Source: Eledone cirrhosa
Lineage: Eukaryota
Reading direction: 5' to 3'
Assembly (NCBI GenBank): GCA_964016885.1
Contig: OZ024741.1
Span: 56,110,001-56,174,000 of the forward strand
DNA length: 64,000 nucleotides
Shown here: piece after piece, positions 48,570 through 60,559 of the stretch
Position numbering within the stretch: position 1 is the first letter of the stretch
How the letters are laid out: every line of letters begins with the position of its first letter
Notes under the pieces: generated by a model
Databases searched by the model: none
What the model was told of the DNA's origin: nothing
Seen by the model: only the letters and a program-made list of their open reading frames with translations
Position numbers and translations under genes: made by a program

Positions 48570-48714
48570 TTATATTTGGAAACTTTGAGATAATGATTTT
48601 AACTTCTGCGCCAATATTTCTTTCTTTGTAGTCCTATTTTGTTCCAAATTCTCGGCCTTTTGAATCAAAGCATCCAGTCTGTCTGAATAGGATTTCTCAA
48701 ATTTCTGAAGGTCA
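48570..48714 (-). CDS. TEX12: TEX12-like gene, terminal exon (DLQKFEKSYSDRLDALIQKAENLEQNRTTKKEILAQKLKSLSQSFQI*)
   Basis: TTGTTTCAG acceptor, phase 2, TAA stop. The coiled-coil resembles the TEX12 C-terminus SYIDEIDELFKEANAIEN...KREFLRQRF, as recalled. Confidence 0.72.
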
Positions 48715-49089
48715 CTGAAACAAGAGAACAGATAAATGAGTGATAAGAGTTATTATTGGATTAGCAATATTGGTAGAGCATCGGACAATATGATGTGCAG
48801 CATATAGTTATGTCCCTTTACATTCTGAGTTCAAATTCCACCGAAGTTAGCTTTGCCTTTCATCCTTACAGGGTCGATAAAATAAAGTACCAGTAATGCA
48901 CTGGAGTTGATCTAATCGATTCCCCCCTCCCCCAAAATTGTTGGCCTAAATCAGAAACCATTATTTTTATTAACTTAGCCTTTCATCCTTCTGTGGTTGA
49001 TAAAATTAAGTAGATGTAGTAAAGTACTTTGCAGCTGAAAGCATCTGGTAGAGTGGGACACTCGCTGACCATGCGTATAGTAAATTAAG

Positions 49090-51400
49090 TAATACAGTAC
49101 AGTATCATACATAATGACTAATAGAGCAGCAGCATTGTCAACTGCTACAAGGGCAAAGAAGATGCACAGGGTAGGACATTATGAAAGTTACCGAAAGAAT
49201 TATTGCACAACTAATTAGGGATAGAATTAACATAAATAAGATGCAGTTTGGCTTTGTTCCTGGTTAAGGTACCACAGATACCCTCTTTCTTGTGAGACAG
49301 CTGCATAAGCCCTTTTACTAGCATTTGTTGATCTGGAAAAAGTATTTGACAAGGTTCCTTCTCCATGATCTGGTAGGCTCTTAGAAGCCATTCCTCTACT
49401 CTTAGTTTCCTAAGGGTAGTATAAACCAGATACAGAGGTCAATCAGTAGATACAACAATGAATATAGTAACAAATTTAGTGTGCATGTGGGGATCCACTA
49501 AGTTCCTGTCCTCAGCTCCTTCCTGTTTATTTTTGTCCTTCAGGTCATAACAGAGGAGTTTAAACTGGTTGCCCACTAGAAGTTGTATCATCATCATCAT
49601 CATTTAATGTCTATCTTCCACGCTAGCATGGGTTTAGACGGGAATTGTCCCACTTGAGGCAAGATTGGTTGTCTTGCTTGTATAGGACTGTCTGGCGGGT
49701 TTTCTACGGCTGGATGCCCTTCCTAACACCAACCACATTTACAGTGTGGACTGGGAGGTTTTTACCATGTTACCTACACGGCCACATTACAGCATGGACT
49801 GTGTGTGGTTTTTTTTTGTCGTGACACCTACACAACCATTTATTTAGGACTGGATGTTGTGGCACCAACATAAGTTTAGGTGTAGATGGGGGTGGGGGTG
49901 TATTTTTGGTTAGGAGGTGCCTACTGACTGTAGGTTTCGCTTTGTACTTACGCAGTAATACAGAAGACCTGCCTTGCCTAACGCCAGAGATCTCGGTCCA
50001 GTGACATTGTCTTGGAGAGGTGTGTGTAAAGTCGGAATTTATCAAATCGTCCCAGGTTTTTCTGGGTCTGCCTACTCCATAGCTTCCATCTATTTTGATC
50101 GCCCTGCACTTTTTTATACAGCTGTCGTCTTTCATGCGCCTCACGTGACCATACCAACGTAGTCTTCTCTCGAGTAAACAGCATCTGATCCCTCTTATTC
50201 CTAATTTCTCACTTAGTTCATTTATGCTTTGCCGTTCACGTATATTACTATTACACATCCAACGGAGTATGCAAGCTTCGTTCCTCTCCAGTCTGCGCAG
50301 ATCCTCTGCACACAATGCCCATGTCAAACTTCCATGTAACATTGCTGTTCGTATGCAGGCATCATACAGTCTGCCTTTAATTTTTAGGGAGAAACCTTTA
50401 GCGGCCAATAGTGGTATAAGCTCTCTGAACTTTTTCCATCTCATTCTGACTCTAGCTACTGTACTTTCAGAGCACCCACCACCACTGCTGATTTTGTCAC
50501 CCAGGTAACAGAAGGTGTCCACTATTTCTATAGAACCATCTGGGCAATGGAAGGAGCTAGTATCCTGTGGGCACTTGCTACTACTTATTGCACCTGAGCA
50601 CCGGCCACATATAAAATCTATGTTCTTGGTTAGTTTACCTGTGATATATCTTATAATCTAGTACTCATAGCCAAAACTGTGGCACAATTAGAAATTCCAG
50701 ATATGGAATCAAAAGTCCTCAAAGTCAAAGAATAAAGCCCTAGTAAATAAAAAAAAAACAGGGCCTTGATTCCTTCAGAGAAATGGCTTTACTCAGTATG
50801 CAGGAACAGATGTAATGGGATTGCACACTGATGCACAGGAGCAGTAAGTGACAAAAGCTCATAGGAAAAAGGCTTTATCAAATTCTCAAATGGCTCGTTA
50901 GTAATTGACAGCTTCTGCTACCTGAAGCACAAAATTAGCAGTGGGGCTGGGTGTTCTAAAAATACAGTAGTCAGTGTGAGGAGTGATTCGAAAAAGTTTA
51001 GGAAGCTACTACCACTGTTGGCTACAAAGGGTCTCTCTCAGGCAAATTGTATGATGTTTGTGTGCAAACAGCAATACTGCATCGAAGTAAGACTTAGGCT
51101 TTGTGTGCAGAGGACTTACGAAGATTGGAAAGAAATGAAGCGAACATACTCTGATGGATGTTTAATAGTAGTGTACATGAATGATGAAGCATCAATGGGC
51201 TGAGAAAAAAATAAGCATAAGAGGGTTTAGATGCAGTATGCAAAAGAGGAGAGTGCATTAGTATGGACATATAATGCATATGAAGGATGACAGCTGCATA
51301 AAGAAATGCAATGGAAGGGGAAGATATAGGAAAACGTCAATCTTACACAGCTGAACCCCATAAAAGGGATGATCCAGGATTGAGTTAACTGGCAGCAAGC
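49090..51400 (+). mobile_element. Old degenerate RTE copy interrupted by a younger antisense RTE
   Basis: RT remnants at 49090-49585 (NCYKGK, MQFGFVPG, FVDLEK) continue at 50650-51400 (SFCYL, KKFRKLLPLLATKG). Confidence 0.75.
49587..50645 (-). mobile_element. RTE subfamily B 3' fragment with a (GAT)n tail
   Basis: ORF 49770-50522 FCYLGDKISSGGGCSESTVARVR..., with a 3' UTR like 6346-6699. Confidence 0.9.
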
Positions 51401-52122
51401 TGTACTGCAGAAGACTTGCTTTCTCACGCAAGCAGGATGGAACAAAAATAAAGAGGATAGCCCTCACCTGCCAGTAAGCTCCCTTGTCTGATTTACTTTC
51501 CCCATATGCCCACTCATTTTTCTCATCTAACACAGAAAACCAGGCACACCCCACAATGTGACAGACATCACCCACTTGTGTCAAGGCCATGACACAGTGC
51601 CTCCTATCCAGCCAGTCAGTTATCTCCTTGTCCCCACCCAGGTAAGTGGAATATAGCCTGCATTCCTCCCATTTATGGTAGTGCTGGGGTAACGATGAAA
51701 AGCACACATTCATGATAAAATGTTCCCAGTACACGCTGTAAAATGGTTGGTGTTAGGAAGAGCATCTAGTCATAGAAACCATGCTCTCAGCACCTAATGT
51801 AAAGGGTTTGACATTAGGAAGGGCATCCAACTATCAAAAGCAGAGAAGGATGTGATCACCTGACATGTTTAGCCTTAGCACATGACTTAGTACATGAAAT
51901 ATAGATGTTAAACAGTGATGATATAAGCATTGAAAATAGAAATTAAACATGATGATTATGTGTGGCCAGTGCGTAGAACAAAAATACATTGTATTTATAG
52001 TCTGAGTAGCAAAAATTCTCTTTGTTACTCTCTCTCCATCAGTGATCCACTGATTGACCCTTTAGAAACCAATAATCAATAACACTATTCTTCACAAAAT
52101 ACATAAAATATATATTACTTAC

Positions 52123-52174
52123 TTAAATATCTGTTGCCACTGATTGTTTAATGCTTTCAGTTCTTGGTCTAATT
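52123..52174 (-). CDS. TEX12: TEX12-like gene exon (ELDQELKALNNQWQQIFN)
   Basis: TTTTTCAG acceptor and GTAAGT donor, phase 1-2. In frame with the flanking exons. Confidence 0.72.
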
Positions 52175-53032
52175 CTGAAAAATAAAACACTTTGTAGTTA
52201 TAAGACATATTTTTGGGAGGGGGAGGGGGGGGGGGGGGGTATCTGTTTTACATGTATCATGCATATATTTGGAGCTGGAATGAGGTTATGGTTTCTGAAA
52301 ATTAAAAATATTTCTATGTGGAATAATTCAAGAAGAAGAAAAAAATCATTTTGTCTCAGTACAAAAATGTCATCATTATTGTCATTTTCACATTGAATCT
52401 TCTGTGCTGGCATGGCTTACATGGGACTTTTTGGAGCAATGTTTTACAGGTAGGATACTCTTCCTGATACAAACCCTTTTAGTCATTTCTTACAACATGC
52501 AGTGATACAGTATACCTATTCTAAACTGGATATACGCACGGCATCAAAGAAAATTTCAGAAGACAAAAAGAAACTTTATGTTGAAAGCAACACTAAACTA
52601 TACTATTTGGCAGTGAGATGCATATATATGTGTATATATATATCATCATCATCACTGCATAACGTCTATTTTTCCATGCTTGCATGGGTTGGATGGGTTA
52701 ACCACAGTTGGCCGTGCCATGCCATGCTCATAGTAGGGCTGTGTTTAGGCTGGGTTTTTACGACTGCTGGATGCCATCCATGTTTACAGTGACACCGTTA
52801 TGAGACATATCTGGCCAGTTGGCCATGCCATACCTTGCTCATAGTGATGTTTAGGCTGGGTGTATATACAATATATTCATATATATAAGATACAGTACAT
52901 AATACACAATATATATATATAGAAATATATATATATATATATAACACATAGAGATAATACACAATATATACATATATAACAGCAAATATATTCAAAATAT
53001 ATACATCACATATATACACACGTTCATAATAC

Positions 53033-53094
<62 letters not shown>

Positions 53095-53461
53095 CTGTGC
53101 TGGCATGGTGCTTGTATGGGAATTGGTGTTGGTAAGAAAAAAAAAAGTGAAATATTAAAGTAATAATCATTAATCTAATGGACCAAGTTATGAAAGTGAC
53201 AGCAAGAGTTATAGCACAACTAATTAATGAAACATTTAAACTAGATGAGATGCAGTTTTGTTTTGTGTCAGTGAGGAGATTACAGATGCTCTTTTATTAG
53301 TGAGACAACCACAAAAGAAGTTTCTAGCTAATAGTAAGCCTCTTTCATTGATATAGAGAAGGCCTTTGACAGTGGTCCTTAAGGAAACTAGGTGTAGAAG
53401 AATGGCTTGTGGGAGCATCTATGAAGACGATAGAAATGTGAATCTGAGACCAAGAACTTAC

Positions 53462-53546
53462 CATAGAAGTTTCCTGTAATATCATCCATGCTGCTCTTGC
53501 TATTGGAGGGAGACATTCCAGAAGGGGAAGCTAAAAGATTATCATC
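53462..53546 (-). CDS. TEX12: TEX12-like gene exon (DDNLLASPSGMSPSNSKSSMDDITGNFY)
   Basis: A long T-rich tract with AAG acceptor and GTAAGT donor, phase 0-1. SKSSMDDITGNFY resembles TEX12 SDSSFSEISGLFY. Confidence 0.68.
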
Positions 53547-53669
53547 CTTTAAAATATTTTGAAAAGATAAAAAAATTAGATATTATTAAAAAAGAAGGAA
53601 TTATTCATTGGCAGGGGTTGAAGGTGTAATGAAAATATCGATTAGAAAGAAAGCAGGTTTATAGAGAAG

Positions 53670-54400
53670 TCATCATCATAATTTTTTACTTCCGTTTTGA
53701 GTCCTCAGCATGGCATCTCTCTACTCATCACGTTCCTTCATCATCTCTGTGAGTCCCAGTGATTTGAGGTCAGCTCTCACAACCTCTGCCCAGGTCTTTC
53801 TAGGTCTACCTCAACTGCGGCTTCCTTCCACTGGCATTTCCTGGCACTTCTTCCCCCAACATTCAGTGTCCATGAACATCACATGTCCATACGAATACAG
53901 TCTTCTCTCCTGCACAATGTCTCGGATTTCTCTTAAATTCAGCTTTCTCCCTCAACTCATCCAAGCTCTGGATGTCTCATACTTACATTGCACATCCAAC
54001 AGAGCATGGTTTCTTCATTTCTCTCTAGTTTATGCATGTCCTCTGCAGTCACAGCCAATGTTTCACTACTATGTAACATCACACTTTGCACACAGATGTC
54101 ATACAATCATCCTTTTGTACATAGAGAGAACACTTTTGTGGTCAACAGTGGGAGTAGCACTCTAAACTTTCCGATCCTTTTTCTAGCTATTATGCTCTCA
54201 ACCACTTCTATGGGTCCTTCCTGTGACTGGAATAGGTTTACATCACTGGCTATCTTCCCTTTGGTTACTCCTGCACATCTTCTACATACAAAGTATTCCC
54301 TTCCTGTTAGTCTAACCATTATCCCACTACATCTCTTCTGTACTCAAGATTTATATTGTGTACATCGTATGGAGTTTATGCTCATAAAATCTATCCAGCA
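53670..54400 (-). mobile_element. Degenerate RTE 3' fragment
   Basis: FVCRRC (end of the PHD-like finger), EGPIEVVES and KFRVLLPLLTTKVFSL remnants. Confidence 0.75.
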
Positions 54401-54469
54401 ATTCTCTCCATAGACATCTGACTACAAGTCCATAGTATTGAATGTGATCTCTCAATTCAAAGAAGTAGA

Positions 54470-55390
54470 AGATCTCTGAACTATGCACCCTACTGAGTAA
54501 CATTACTCCAAAATCTCTTTGGAGGAACCCCCATTTCGATCACTTCTATTTGTGATTGTATTCTTTTGGTCATTACCCAAGATTCATGACCACTTGTAAG
54601 AGTAGGCAAGAACACTGAATTGAAGATAGTGGGTTTGGCCTTTCCACATACCTCCCTTCTGATGATGATCAAGGTCTGAAGCTAGTGCATTGCTGCACCA
54701 GTTCCAGCAATTTTTGCATTTAATTCACTCTTCTGCCTTCCTCCACTTGTGAAAATGGCACTTGATAATATCCCTACATCACTTTGCCAGACACATAACA
54801 AAAACAGGGAGACTAAACAAAGAGATCCCCTTTTTGAAAATTGAATTATCACTCCTGATTGCCATTGTTTTGGTGCCTTTCCAGAGATCCAGGCATACAT
54901 GAGCCAGCTAGAGAATACCTTCTCTATTTAAGGCTTTTAACATCTCAGGCTGAATATCATCCTCCCCAGAGGCCTTGCCACATTTGAGAGCTTTAATTGC
55001 TCTGGTGACCTCAGCCTCTGTGGGCTTAGTCGTCACTTCTAAATGCACCTCATGTACATCAGATGTTGTGACTGTATTTAGGAGATCAGCAAAGTATTCT
55101 TTCCCCTTCATAAAGATGCACCTCTCCTCAGAGAGAAGAACCCCAGATGAGCTACTGATTGCAGGCATGGAAAGGGACTTCTTAATATGAAGTTGGTGGA
55201 GCCTACCTTAATAGTTTTTATTTGCTGGTCTAATTTATTTGCCTTTACTGTCTCTGCTATGACTTTTCAGGCTTGCTTCTACTATGAGTGCAAGAGGGAA
55301 GACTTATTTCTAAGCTAAGCTTTGTAAGCCTCCTTCTTTACTCAACTGGCATCTTTCACCTCCTGGCTGAACCATGGGGTCCTCCTGGCA
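54470..55390 (-). mobile_element. Internally deleted Expander/Rex3-like RTE remnant
   Basis: EYFADLLN...AIKALKCGKASGEDDIQPEMLKAL, KQWQSGVII and LTSGHESWVMTKR motifs. Confidence 0.78.
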
Positions 55391-55466
55391 CCCAGTGCCA
55401 TATGTTTAAACTATTTTTCATTTTCAAAACTTTATCATAGCAGCTTACAATAAGCTAACATATTTT

Positions 55467-55508
<42 letters not shown>

Positions 55509-56798
55509 GCACACAGGTACACCACCAATTTTCAAGCAATGTATGATCTGGCCTTTTTTTAAAAACTAGACATGAGCAGACATTTGAATTTCTTGTGACA
55601 CATCAGAGTAGTTTTGCAATAATCTGAATATTTAGATATGAATATCTGCTGTTGATGCTCTACTGAAGTAGGTGTATTTATAACATACTTTGCTTACATT
55701 CAAAGTTTGAAAACATTTACAACTTTATATACTTAAGGCATAGAGAGAGTGTTTTATTATTCATAATGTGTTTTTAGGGAATAAACAAAGGTATGACATG
55801 AATGTTTGGTAGCAAAAAAGTTAATAATGTGGCACCAGTTTCCTTGGAATTGAATCTGAATTATTATGTGACCTTTGTTAATCTAACAAAACAATTCTGT
55901 ATAGGTCTGGAATCAAAGGTGCCAAAAGAAATAAGTGGTGAACCTGCATATATACATGTTGGAAAAGCAGATGCAAAAACGATGATGATGATAATGATAC
56001 ACACACACATATATATGTATTTGTGCAAAGAACAATAAAAAACAGAAGTCAGGCATGGTTAGATAGTTCATATATATATATAGTGCTGATTATCTACACA
56101 ATAAAAGCACCCAGTACACATACACACATGTTATGCAAACACCTACATACCAAATACTTCAATAAAACAAAAGACTGCAGCACAGAGAGACAAGAAAGAA
56201 TATAACAAATAATTGTTTCTACTTTTGGCACAAGGCCAGCAATTATCTCAGTGCATTACTGGTACTTTATTTTGTCGACCCCGTAAGGATAAAAGGCTAA
56301 GTTAACCTCGGCAGCATTTGAACTCAGGGCGTAAAGGGCCGTAACTCTATGCTACAAAGCATGGCGTCCGACCCTCTACCGATACTGCCAATCCACTGCC
56401 CTCTAAATATATCAAATAATGAAAGAAAAGGAGTAAAGAAAGACTTTTTTTTTCAATATATATTAAAATAAATAAACAAACAATATACAAAGCAAGATTT
56501 AAAAAATAGCAATGACAGCTAAAATGATACAAAGAACAGCAAGAAAAAGATGGAACTATTATGAGATTGTGATAATGGACAGGATTAAGTTCTTTTGAGG
56601 CCCTAAACACTTCAAAGATTATAATACCCACCAGAGTCAGCTAAAACATAATTTCTGGTATGACAAATACATTTAATAAAATGGTGACCCTCTTCACTTG
56701 ATGTCCTAAGTTAAATGGTTAATCCAACCATGGTGCTGGGTATGATTACACAGGACATGAGAACTGAAGAAAGGAAGATGTATAATGACTGGTCTTAC

Positions 56799-56964
56799 CT
56801 TGAGTTTCTGGTTAGATCTGGCATTGGTTTTAATAAATGGAGAATCAGGCTGAGAACCTTGAATTGGTTCTGGAGATCCATTAAGTGATATAGGACTTTG
56901 TACACTGACAGAGTTGTTCAGTTCACAAGGACTGCTTCTATGGCTTAGCTGGGTTGGTTCATTC
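56799..56964 (-). CDS. TEX12: TEX12-like gene exon (NEPTQLSHRSSPCELNNSVSVQSPISLNGSPEPIQGSQPDSPFIKTNARSNQKLK)
   Basis: CACCAG acceptor and AAG|GTAAGA donor. Only one frame is open (phase 2-0). S/P-rich, with a PDSP motif as in TEX12. Confidence 0.68.
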
Positions 56965-58557
56965 CTGGTGAGTGAAACATTAAAAAAAAGAGCAACATTA
57001 TTAAGATGGCTTTAAATACATTTACTATAATGCTATAATGTTTCTGCTACCTCCTTACCTTAACAAAAACAACATATTTGTACTTACATGCTAAAAGTCT
57101 TGAATCTGATGCCACAAAATGTAACTTTTTCAGAAAGTTTACTAATCTGGAAATAAGATTTAAGACAAATAAATATGGTTTTGTTTGAATTGAATTATGA
57201 AAATTAAAGTGTAAATTTTACATATTGCAATTTGCTTAATCAAACTAGGATGACAAAGAAAAGCCCCAAATCTACTCTGTGAGGTATTTAGAATGTATGT
57301 TCTCTCTTTTGCTACTCAATTCTGTGGTCAGCAACAGAGAGTAATCTCAACACTTATAAATAAGTGCACTCTAGTTCTGTATTGAAATTGTTTTCCTTTT
57401 GTTTGTAAATTCAAATGTACATACATTAACGCATACAAACATTTTACTAAGAAAGGATGAAAATGTATGTTTAGGAAAATATATTTCAAATTATCAAAAG
57501 AAAAAGCATTATGTAGTGTATTCATTTATAGGTGTGTATGTGTATTATTATCATTATCATCATCCTTTTGCATCCATTTCCCAGGGTGGCATGGGTTGTA
57601 CATAATCCATGACTAGAGGAGTCAGAGAACCACATATTGCTCATACATTCCATATTTTATATATTATTATTCAAATGTTCACATACAGTTAAGCACTGCA
57701 ATCACAATCATTGGAAAACCCTCTTTGGCATTCTATAATGGATTAGTGGCAGGGAAAAGTGACAACATTCTTGGAGAAATTTGGAGGTATCAGAGACAAT
57801 CAACCAGACACCTACTTCCAGAGAACTTTCAGCCTATGGCTGATGGATAACTGCCAGAAATCTCTGATCTGGTAGTGCTATAAGAGAGCATTGCTCTCCA
57901 AGCACACAAGTGCTCTCAGCCATGCCTGTCAGAGATACAGGACGATGAAACCACCCTGCACACACTCATCCAATGTCTGTGAATTTATATTGATCAATGC
58001 TGACTTGTGGATTTATATTGAACAGCTGCTGTTGCATGTAGAAGGGTCTGACAATCTTCTGAGTCCATTAAGATAGCTCCGCCATCTTCCTTTTGTCAGA
58101 AATGGCAGGCAATCTTCATGTGCCTGGTGGCCAAAGTAAAAGAGGTTGTGTGGTGAATGTGGTTGAAAAGGTTGAAGATAGATACTCCTCTTCAGCATGG
58201 TCCTGATTTCAAACTGGCCATGGCTTTTTGTGAGCTTCTATGACAAGTGACCTTCAGAAATGTCCCCTATTGAAGAATTTTATTTTGTTTTAATTCCTAC
58301 AGGTTCGTTGTTTTCTATTATTACCCTTTTTACATGAAAAAACCCACCCTGTGCTGTCATTAATGTTTCTGTGTATAGAGAGCTAGAAAAATACTGCAAT
58401 GCGTTCTATCCAATACTCTAACTTTTATACACATACACATGTCAAAACATAGACACAAACACACATATGTATGTAATTACATACATATAAACAACATACA
58501 TAGATATGTGTGAGCTGGTTCACATATTCATACATATATAAGCAGATGCATACTTAC

Positions 58558-58649
58558 ATATAGAATCCGAGACTGTCTATAAAGATATCTGGAAACCCCT
58601 TGTTCTGAATAGGCTGGTCTACTGCTCCTGATTTTGAACTGCTGGAAGC
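58558..58649 (-). CDS. Probable upstream exon of the TEX12-like gene (ASSSSKSGAVDQPIQNKGFPDIFIDSLGFYM), coding or 5' UTR
   Basis: The GTAAGT donor is in phase 2 and creates AT|G across the junction with 56964. The frame is open but the acceptor is weak. Confidence 0.5.
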
Positions 58650-60003
58650 CTAGACTTTACCAATCAACCAAAGAGGGAGACTGCGATAAATCATTAAATA
58701 AACTAACTAAAACCAGAAATCTAAACTATTAAAAATGTTTCTACAGGAGGGGAATCTCTTATGTGTTTGCTTGAACTACATAAAATAAAAATGTTTCCCT
58801 TTAAATCAAATACAATGCTAAAAATTGGATTATACAATAACTTCTTTAATCTCTGGAATACTATTAGTCTTCCTAGCCCTAACCTTAATTTGTAATAAAT
58901 TAGTTCAGATTATATTATTGTTTTATTAATATTGAGTTATCATGGACGGGGGAGGGGGCTATTCTTGAAAATCATGTATTTAGAACAAAGATATATGGAG
59001 TAAGATATGCGTATATATTTACACACGTTGGTGTAGTCTCAGTTACACACTGTTGTTTTCCCGTTTTATCAACAATAGCTTCGATGTAAGCTATTTTCTT
59101 AATAGTAGCGATCGTGTTTTATTTGTTCATTCAACGGCATTTCACACAGCGCTTTATTATGGGGCAAATTTTACCTTCTTCATAATCACCAATCAAGCCA
59201 ACACCACAAACTACTACAACCTCTGCCATGCTCAAATGAACAACAAACATAAACAAATTCCTTCCATCGCTACATCTAATATATATTCTGTCTCTACAAC
59301 CAAAAGTCAATTTCATTACATTTCTTATGCTTTACATTGGTGACCCTGGCTTTTCGAACAACCTTCAGGTGCATTTTCTAATGCTGCATAGTTTCCGCAT
59401 AATATTGGAAAACAAAGGCAAGGAATCTTCATGTGGGAAATAATCTTTTTCCTGTTTTTAATTTTTTCGTGGGCTATCAAGTAACACGCGAAAAAAAAAT
59501 TTGGTAGAAAAAACACGGGGTGGAATTGATACTGAACATTTTCATGGTTCGATTAGCTGATACCACACGAAAATAAATAAATAAACGAGGATAAACATTA
59601 TTTCCCACTGAAATCAAGGAGTGTTCTATAATAAAACCATATATATTGATATTGCATATCAGTAGTATTTGTAGAGTAATGTATCACTTCGACTCTCGCT
59701 CTCATAGACTGTGTATCCTTGTAGTTCTCTCTACATAATATAATCTATTCATAAAGAAAAGTGCGCTTTAAGTATAACTAACTGCTCCATTTGTATACCA
59801 TCATTATACATTTTTTAAAAATCAATAAATGATGGTGGTTTCTTCATAGTATTACCGTGAGAGATAGCGAGAAGGGGATGCAAGAACAGTTAAGCACCCT
59901 CATGAGTATTATCTGACACCTCAGTAAGACAGCAACAGCAAAATGCTTTGAATGTAACGGGCTGAAAAATGTAATTTACAACCCAATTAAAATGGTAACC
60001 TAC

Positions 60004-60070
60004 ATGAAATTTCTATCTTTAGTGCAAGTTCATCAGGCTTCTTCCTATCGACCTTAGACAGAGACTTCGC
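60004..60070 (-). CDS. Candidate exon (AKSLSKVDRKKPDELALKIEIS)
   Basis: AAG acceptor and GTAGGT donor, in frame with the 60491-60559 candidate. Its phase link to 58649 is unresolved. Confidence 0.3.
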
Positions 60071-60388
60071 CTTTATATATAAAACACTGAACAATATGGT
60101 GTCACTTCTCTTTTCAAACTTCTTTCCCATCTCCAACATACCAACAAACCCTTTTCATCTATTTCTACCTAGATACAATAAAAAATATCCAACAACACCT
60201 TTTCTCAATGTGTCATTTATATCTGAAACTCATTTCCCGCCTCAATTTTCTAGACTTTTATAGATATCTCCAAGTTTTTAGTCAATCAGCTCCGCCGTTC
60301 CTTACCAAGTCAAGATTATAATAGATATGTATAAATAATTTCAGTATAATTTTATCAAATTTATATTCAGTTTTTAAGATAGATATAT

Positions 60389-60481
60389 ATACAATGTCCC
60401 CCCAAAATATATACACCATTCTAATAAATATTGCCTGTACAGGTAATCAAAGTGTATACATTTTTTTGGGACACCCTGTAT
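60389..60481. mobile_element. ~90-bp Tc1/mariner-type MITE
   Basis: TACAATGTCCCCCAAAATATATACAC ... GTGTATACATTTTTTTGGGACACCCTGTA inverted ends flanked by TA. Confidence 0.65.
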
Positions 60482-60490
60482 ACATATTAC

Positions 60491-60559
60491 TATATTGAGC
60501 CTCGCGAGTTGGAATGGCTCTTCTCCCTTGCCGTCCACCCGGGGAAACGCCTTCTCCAT
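60491..60559 (-). CDS. Candidate first exon (MEKAFPRVDGKGEEPFQLARLNI) in a CpG-rich patch
   Basis: ATG at 60559, GTAATA donor in phase 0, and a local GC/CpG rise typical of a gene 5' end. Confidence 0.35.
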
